This document shows, in pieces, positions 63,511-64,000 of a stretch of DNA of 64,000 bases. The DNA comes from Mobula hypostoma (taxonomy: Eukaryota). Location: assembly GCF_963921235.1 (NCBI RefSeq), contig NC_086097.1, forward strand, positions 10,478,001 to 10,542,000, written 5' to 3'. The notes below the pieces were generated by a model. The model was given only the letters and a program-made list of their open reading frames with translations, made no database searches and was not told where the DNA came from. The position numbers and the translations under genes were made by a program. How positions within the stretch are numbered: the stretch's first letter is position 1; each line of letters begins with the position of its first letter.

Positions 63511-64000
63511 ATGATCAGTCATTTTGAATCCTAACTTACAAGCTACAAGACGACCACGGTAGTTTTTTTTTCATTGAAACGCTGTTGTTTTCAAAAGAAA
63601 ATAAACAACAAAAACCAAGAAGTAGTGAAGCTTTTAGTTTAATAGTCAGTTGAACTATCTTGTGCATATTTGCAAACTGTGTGCAAACTGAAGTCTAAAT
63701 GATAGGGATCTATTGAGCAAAGTTTTTGCAAAAGGAAAAGCAGAATATATTGGACCGCACAGTGTGAACATCAATGTCTTAGTGCTCAGTTTGGTAATAA
63801 ATGTACAATGAAAATGAAAAAGTTACCAAGTTAGAGTTTTAATTTACTTCAAAGGGCTCATTGTTGAAAATGCAAAAGAAATTCCAATGTTTCCTTTTAA
63901 TTTCCTCTGTGCTTTTGTTTTGAAAAAAATGCACCATTGAATTCAATATTACTAGTGAAGAGTCAATCCAACTACGGAAAGCACTGCCAATTTGTCATTT

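Overview
Eukaryotic, vertebrate-type non-coding DNA that is almost entirely transposon-derived. The repeat mix (abundant CR1 LINEs, tRNA-head SINEs with CR1-type tails, Rex1/Babar, RTE, fish-type L1, Tc1, Penelope) suggests an intron or intergenic region of a cartilaginous fish, probably a ray or skate; this is inferred from the repeats alone. I found no convincing host exon, and every recognisable ORF is retroelement-derived. Main signal: a Penelope-like element (PLE) system. It includes a young 5'-truncated Neptune-type PLE with an uninterrupted ~550-codon RT+GIY-YIG frame (32600-34252, minus). Its 3' region carries a minimal hammerhead-ribozyme motif (AGTC-CTGACGA-stem II-GAAA-CG-TC^GACT) whose stem III can only form in a dimer. 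About ten dispersed 37-460 bp derivatives occur, several palindromic and five with 12-14 bp target-site duplications (TSDs). Other structures: a TSD-bounded RTE whose 5' UTR is shared with short non-autonomous copies showing a tentative HDV-like ribozyme fold; a composite MITE made of two palindromic mini-MITEs around a captured LINE tail (3 copies); an IR/DR-type Tc1; a near-perfect ~131-bp local inverted duplication; and several TSD-resolved nested insertions. All coordinates were read by eye. Boundaries without a TSD are approximate.
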